From positions 32,001 through 96,000 of the forward strand of contig CBDCZH010000023.1 of the NCBI GenBank assembly GCA_965224485.1: a DNA stretch of 64,000 nt, written 5' to 3'. Positions 61,561 through 64,000 of this stretch are shown here, in pieces (positions within the stretch are counted from its first letter, which is position 1; every line of letters begins with the position of its first letter). A program made the position numbers and the translations under genes. The notes below the pieces were generated by a model. It saw only the letters and a list, made by a program, of their open reading frames with translations. It was not told the DNA's origin and ran no database searches. The DNA comes from Arcobacteraceae bacterium (GTDB taxonomy: Bacteria; Campylobacterota; Campylobacteria; Campylobacterales; Arcobacteraceae).

Positions 61561-61678
61561 TTTAATCCTTCGTATAATACACATAATAATTTATTTGCAA
61601 TATTTAATATATAATATCTAAATTTATTTATTTTAATACATCTTTGTATGTTATACTTTATAAACTATTGGAGTTTTT

Positions 61679-62917
61679 ATGAAAAAAGATATAATAATTA
61701 TAGGTGGCGGAATTGTTGGTTTAATGAGCGCATATTTTTTATGTAAAAGCAATAAAGAAATCACAGTAATCGATAAAAACGATATAAGCTCTGGAACATC
61801 TTTTGGAAATGCAGGTCTGCTTTCAGCTTTTAGTAAAAATCCCCTAAGCTCTCCTGGAGTCTTATTGGATACTTTTAAACTAATGTTAAAAGGAGAATCT
61901 CCTGTTAATCTACACCCTAGTTTAGATTTAAACCTTTATAAGTGGTTATCTTCTTTTGCTTTTAATTCAAATGAAAAAAGACTAAGAAAAACCCTAGCTT
62001 TATTTGAAAAGTATGGCAAAATATCCCTTGATTCTTATAAAAAAATGAACAAAAAAGATAAAATGGACTTTTATTTTAGACAAGATGGTCTTCTAATGAT
62101 TTATACAGAGCAAAAAAGTTTTGATAAAAAAATAAACTTATGCCAAAATAATGAGAAATATAAGATTTTAAATAAAGAAGAAACAAAAGAGTATATGCCT
62201 TGTGTAAATGATAAAATAATAGGTTCTATTTTATTAAAACAAAATGGACACTTAGATCCAGGCCTACTTATGCTTGAGCTTAAAAACTATTTGATAAATA
62301 AAGGCGTAGAGTTTATTTATAATGAAGAAGTGCAAAAACTTGAATTTTCAAATTCTAAATTAAATAAAATACATACTCAAAATAAATCATATAAAGCAAA
62401 TACTTTTATTATAAGTACAGGAGCAAATTCTACTTTAGCTTCACAAGCAAAAAGCTCTTTTTTACTTACAAAAGCAAAAGGTTATTCTTTAACTTTTATA
62501 ATGAAAGAAGATCTAAGACCTAAAACTGCTGCTTTATTTGCTGATTTATTTATAGCAATGACTCCAAGAGAAAAAACAGTAAGAATAACTTCTAAGTTAG
62601 AATTAGGCTCGAATAATGAAGAAATAGTAAAAAAACAAATAAATAGTATTAAGCATAATTTATCTTTATATACTAAAGATTTTTTATATGAAGATTGCAT
62701 AGAATGGACAGGATTTAGACCACTTACTCCTAATGATATGCCAATTTTAGGTTTTGATGAACAATATTCAAACTTAGTTCACGCAACTGGTTTAGGCTGG
62801 TTAGGAATTACATTTGGGCCAGCTGTTGGAAAAATCATAGCTGAACTTATACTTGAGCATAAAGAAAATAAAAACTCTGATGATATTTTACTTTTTTCTC
62901 AGTTTTATCAAGTATAA
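61679..62917 (+). CDS. dadA: D-amino acid dehydrogenase (FAD)
   Basis: IIGGGIVG, TSFGNAGL, WTGFRPLTP and ATGLGWLG motifs. Confidence 0.82.
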   Translation: MKKDIIIIGGGIVGLMSAYFLCKSNKEITVIDKNDISSGTSFGNAGLLSAFSKNPLSSPGVLLDTFKLMLKGESPVNLHPSLDLNLYKWLSSFAFNSNEKRLRKTLALFEKYGKISLDSYKKMNKKDKMDFYFRQDGLLMIYTEQKSFDKKINLCQNNEKYKILNKEETKEYMPCVNDKIIGSILLKQNGHLDPGLLMLELKNYLINKGVEFIYNEEVQKLEFSNSKLNKIHTQNKSYKANTFIISTGANSTLASQAKSSFLLTKAKGYSLTFIMKEDLRPKTAALFADLFIAMTPREKTVRITSKLELGSNNEEIVKKQINSIKHNLSLYTKDFLYEDCIEWTGFRPLTPNDMPILGFDEQYSNLVHATGLGWLGITFGPAVGKIIAELILEHKENKNSDDILLFSQFYQV

Positions 62918-62938
62918 GAACGACAAAAATTATAAAAT

Positions 62939-63712
62939 CTATTTTCCTCTATAAAGCATATAAGGATTTCTTTGTGCAGTTGGCATAATATCAAGATATT
63001 GAATATTTATATGTTTTGCTGTATTTAAAACATTTATTATAACATCTGATATGTCACTAGCCATTAAAGGTGTAAAACCTTCATAAACTGCATTTATCTT
63101 GTCTTTATCATCTTTAAATCTTACATTTGAAAAGTTTGTTCGCACAGCTCCTGGTGCAATAGTTGTTACTTTTACATTAGTTCCATACAAATCAACATTC
63201 ATACTCTCACCTAAAGAGTGTACAGCTGCTTTACTTGAACAATATACATTTCCATTAGGATAAGCAGTTTTACCTGCAACTGAACCTATATTGATTATAT
63301 GAGCAGTTTCTAAAGGTCTCATTTGAGGAATTATTGCTTTTGATACATATAATAATCCCTTAATATTTGTATCAATCATATCATCCCACTCTTGCTCACA
63401 ACCCTCATCTATTTTCTCTAATCCTAAAGCCAAACCAGCATTATTTATTAAAAAATCAACTTGATTATCTTTTAAAAATAGTTTTAAAGATGAAGAAACA
63501 GCCTCTTTATTACTTACATCAAACTGTAAAATAGAAATTTTAATATCATGATTTTTTAAGATTTCTTCTTTAATTTCTTCAAGCTTTTTATAATTTCTTG
63601 CCACTAAAACAAGTGAAGTTTGCATACTTGCTAAATCAAAGGCTAATTGCTTCCCTATTCCAGATGTAGCTCCTGTAATTAAAGCTGTTTTATTCATAAT
63701 ATAATTTTTCAT
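62939..63712 (-). CDS. Short-chain dehydrogenase/reductase (YdfG-like)
   Basis: TGATSGIG, NNAGLALG and YCSSK motifs. Confidence 0.9.
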   Translation of the reverse strand: MKNYIMNKTALITGATSGIGKQLAFDLASMQTSLVLVARNYKKLEEIKEEILKNHDIKISILQFDVSNKEAVSSSLKLFLKDNQVDFLINNAGLALGLEKIDEGCEQEWDDMIDTNIKGLLYVSKAIIPQMRPLETAHIINIGSVAGKTAYPNGNVYCSSKAAVHSLGESMNVDLYGTNVKVTTIAPGAVRTNFSNVRFKDDKDKINAVYEGFTPLMASDISDVIINVLNTAKHINIQYLDIMPTAQRNPYMLYRGK

Positions 63713-63758
63713 TTTATACCTTTTAATTCTTGTTTTATCATAGCCAAATCAATATTTA

Positions 63759-63983
63759 TTAATCTTTTATAAGCACAACATTAAACTTCTTAACCATTGG
63801 AATTATAAAAAGTACAGAAGGAAAAGCAACTAACCATGCTTTCCACCAAGCACTTGCCCAAATAAATAAAAAGTTATTTAAGAAGCCTAAGTTTACTAGA
63901 ACTAAAACACCTGATATAACAAAAGACATAAACATTGTAACTAAAAGACTAAATACATAAAATTCATATTTTTTACTTATCAT
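63759..63983 (-). CDS. DUF2798-like small membrane protein
   Basis: MSFVISG...W...W..AWLVAFP pattern. Confidence 0.75.
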   Translation of the reverse strand: MISKKYEFYVFSLLVTMFMSFVISGVLVLVNLGFLNNFLFIWASAWWKAWLVAFPSVLFIIPMVKKFNVVLIKD

Positions 63984-64000
63984 TTTTTACTTCTTCAAAT

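Noticed and set aside
50602..62700. ORFs 50602-50823, 50863-51057, 54004-54267, 54471-54722, 55353-55676 and 62482-62700
   Set aside because: Overlap real genes or the IS end in another frame or strand; no RBS or motifs

Overview
Very AT-rich bacterial chromosomal window. Gene content (XerH-like recombinase, 6S RNA upstream of purD, PutA without an RHH domain, TtcA-like protein with a CSFFS motif) points to Campylobacterota, most likely Arcobacteraceae; this is an inference. 1-28 kb is mostly housekeeping: cheY-A-R-D-B, pnp, lptD, purD, 6S RNA, hemD, der, hpf, ftsK, lpxD, ilv genes, ppx, pssA, sulP, trxC and ttcA, plus two orphan minimal flagellar axial-like proteins. 28.7-50 kb is a ~21 kb minus-strand imino-acid utilisation region. 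It holds putA with a LIV-type ABC importer headed by an unusual RHH + degenerate nuclease-fold gene pair, and a catabolic operon for both trans-4- and trans-3-hydroxyproline. In that operon the native deaminase gene is reduced to a deletion scar and appears replaced by a divergent DapA-family gene behind a duplicated promoter with tandem 12-bp operators. Eight insertion-type frameshifts are confined to 32.7-48 kb and look like consensus errors. 52.9-58.1 kb is an accessory islet: a decayed IS3 carrying a MITE-like insert, and a saccharopine-dehydrogenase/racemase-like/NhaC operon. The window ends with moeA, EamA, DUF711, dadA, an SDR and DUF2798. No rRNA, tRNA or CRISPR array was seen. All family calls come from motif recognition by eye; no searches were run.
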